The position numbers were made by a program, and so were the translations under genes. Shown in pieces: positions 62,616 to 64,000 of a stretch of DNA of 64,000 bases. Numbering within the stretch: position 1 is the stretch's first letter; the number at the start of each line of letters is the position of its first letter. Below the pieces are notes generated by a model. It was not told the DNA's origin. It saw only the letters and a program-made list of their open reading frames with translations, and made no database searches. The stretch is from a virus: IMG/VR virus record IMGVR_UViG_3300020464_000002, positions 1,326-65,325 of that record. One strand, given 5' to 3'.

Positions 62616-62696
62616 TAACCCCACTGATCGCTATCACGCCAGCGTTAGCGATCAGCACCAACCACAGTGTAAATAACCATTTTTCAAGGAAAAGTT

Positions 62697-63596
62697 ATGT
62701 TAAACCCAATGATGAACCAACGCCGCCGTGATCGTAACCATGAGCGCCAACAAGCCCAGTTTGATGCAATGAATCCAAAAGATGCCGCCGACAAGTTGGG
62801 CGCTGATCGAATCAGCGAACGTATGGCGATTGCGGCCACCAGTCAGATGCGTATTCAGGCGCTATCGGTTGTCTTTATGCTTGCCGCCACGCTGTCAGAA
62901 GCCGATTATGACGATGAAGATATCCTACCAAGCGAAGTGCTAGACGCGCTGATGCTTGAAGCGTTTGTTGATGATGACGATGAAGATATCGACGGTATCG
63001 ATGAAGACGTTAAAGTCGTATTTTCAGCCCACGTAGCAGACGCGCTATCAACCCTTGGCGTTGAAGACTCAGTAATTGATGATCTTTTTGATGATGATGT
63101 TGAAGTAGCAGATGCAGCAGCCCTTGCCGCCGCCGAAACGGTACTAGAAAACATGCCCGATGATGGTGATGATCTTGATGTGTTTGTGGCCGCATTTGCT
63201 TATAGCGATGAAGACGTGGACGCTGCCGAAGAATCAGGCGCGTTTGATAGTATTGATGATCAAGAACCGCAGTTTGATGCCGCTCGCAAGAAATTGCGCG
63301 TTGGCAAAAAGACCGTGAAAAAGGTCAACGGTAAAACGCTTACCTACAAAGCGGTTAAGGCTATTCGTAACGGTAAAAAAGTCACGATCAATAAGCGCAT
63401 TGGGGGCAAACCGCTACTCAAAGCTGGCCAAAAAGCCGCGCTTAAAAAAGCACGCCGTAAAGCGGGTACTGGTTCCGCGATCAAGAAGCAAATGAAGTCA
63501 TTTAGTAAAGGTATGCGCATGAACCTTTACAAAGGCAATAAAAACCGCCTAAAAGCCTTACAAAAAGCAGGGGCAGCGCGTTATTTTAACTCTTAA
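62697..63596 (+). CDS. bipartite acidic/basic virion protein
   Basis: D/E-rich centre and K/R-rich C-terminal 100 aa. Followed by a terminator. Confidence 0.5.
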   Translation: MLNPMMNQRRRDRNHERQQAQFDAMNPKDAADKLGADRISERMAIAATSQMRIQALSVVFMLAATLSEADYDDEDILPSEVLDALMLEAFVDDDDEDIDGIDEDVKVVFSAHVADALSTLGVEDSVIDDLFDDDVEVADAAALAAAETVLENMPDDGDDLDVFVAAFAYSDEDVDAAEESGAFDSIDDQEPQFDAARKKLRVGKKTVKKVNGKTLTYKAVKAIRNGKKVTINKRIGGKPLLKAGQKAALKKARRKAGTGSAIKKQMKSFSKGMRMNLYKGNKNRLKALQKAGAARYFNS

Positions 63597-63615
63597 TAAC
63601 GACTAGCCAGCCATA

Positions 63616-63647
63616 AAAAACCGCCTCAACATGGGGCGGTTTTTTTA
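63616..63647 (+). terminator. intrinsic terminator
   Basis: ACCGCCTC / GGGGCGGT stem, then T8. Confidence 0.7.
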
Positions 63648-63649
63648 TT

Positions 63650-63729
63650 GGAACACCGCCAATGACCCGCCAAGCGATACACCTACAATAGATGGATAAA
63701 CATTAACATTCATTTTATACAGGTGGCAC
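63650..63729 (+). promoter_or_regulatory. late promoter-leader module 12
   Basis: GGAACACCGCC at 63650; TACAAT at 63684-63689 (offset 34); weak inverted repeat CACCT 63680-63684 / AGGTG 63721-63725; ATG 63730. Confidence 0.55.
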
Positions 63730-64000
63730 ATGAAACTATCCGATATCACAAAAAAGACCAAATTGGTTGCCGACTTCTCAAAACGCTTGTCTTATAGCGC
63801 AAAAGAAAAGATCGTGGCCACCGAGGTTGAAAAAGTTAAGCGCATATCAGGTGCAAGCGTGCGACCAGTCAATATGGCGTTAGAGAACGGCCAAACGGTC
63901 AAGATCTATTTGCGCTTGGTTGATGACGGCGCTAAGTACGACATATTCCGTATCGATGTTAACGGTAAGATGATCCCGCTATCAGGCGATTTTGATAACA
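63730..64000 (+). CDS. hypothetical late protein, 3' end outside window
   Basis: ATG after an AGGTGG SD. The frame is open to the window edge (MKLSDITKKTKLVADFSKRL...). Not in the ORF track because no stop is reached. Confidence 0.5.
   Translation, partial: MKLSDITKKTKLVADFSKRLSYSAKEKIVATEVEKVKRISGASVRPVNMALENGQTVKIYLRLVDDGAKYDIFRIDVNGKMIPLSGDFDN

Noticed and set aside
62624-62655. 10-bp inverted repeat CTGATCGCTA/TAGCGATCAG with a GATC in each arm after the sheath gene, considered as a Dam-regulated element or terminator.
   Set aside because: It occurs once, has no U-tract and has no adjacent promoter. The evidence is insufficient beyond a possible weak RNA hairpin.

Overview
The whole 64-kb window is DNA of a temperate, contractile-tailed phage with an unrecombined attP, so there is no prophage/host junction here. 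All family assignments are by eye; no searches were run.

Layout, left to right:
- 1-6.9 kb: P2-like baseplate genes (J-, I-, V-like) mixed with a T4 gp20-like portal and two tube-fold paralogs.
- 6.9-23.8 kb: three giant, probably packaged or ejected polyvalent proteins (1394 aa; an 828-aa zincin; a 2228-aa DarB-like N6-MTase + SNF2 helicase). A holin / holin-like / muramidase lysis cassette is embedded among them.
- 24.2-26.2 kb: attP region with a tmRNA (ssrA) 3'-end mimic, phased 10-bp repeats, a promoter+terminator sRNA-like unit and a P4-type integrase.
- 26.3-39.8 kb: early genes. Leftward: Xis-like, DEDDh exonuclease, RecT. Then the CI/Cro/CII-like switch. Rightward: antirepressor, a replication gene carrying iterons, Dam and DUF1064.
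- 39.9-41.8 kb: a separate HTH-led operon that follows a hairpin.
- 41.8-64 kb: late genes again (TMP-like protein, secreted moron, HIT hydrolase, TerL, tail fibre, gpX-like, SWIM protein, capsid candidate, sheath region).

Most interesting observations:
1. Twelve copies of a stereotyped late promoter-leader module. A GGAACAC(CCCTAAA) box lies 33/34 nt from a -10 hexamer, there is no -35, and the ATG follows about 35 nt later. In most copies an inverted repeat puts the -10/TSS in its left arm and the SD-like AGG in its right arm.
2. A gp18-like tail sheath that appears to be split. Three tandem paralogs carry the sheath N-terminal segment fused to variable domains (one BspA/DUF285-like). They lie upstream of a 462-aa ORF that carries only the sheath core. 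This resembles the two-chain TssB/TssC sheath of type VI secretion.
3. attP mimicking the ssrA 3' end.
4. A 7-bp-periodic TTGCAA array just after terminase.
5. A HIT hydrolase inside the head/packaging operon.
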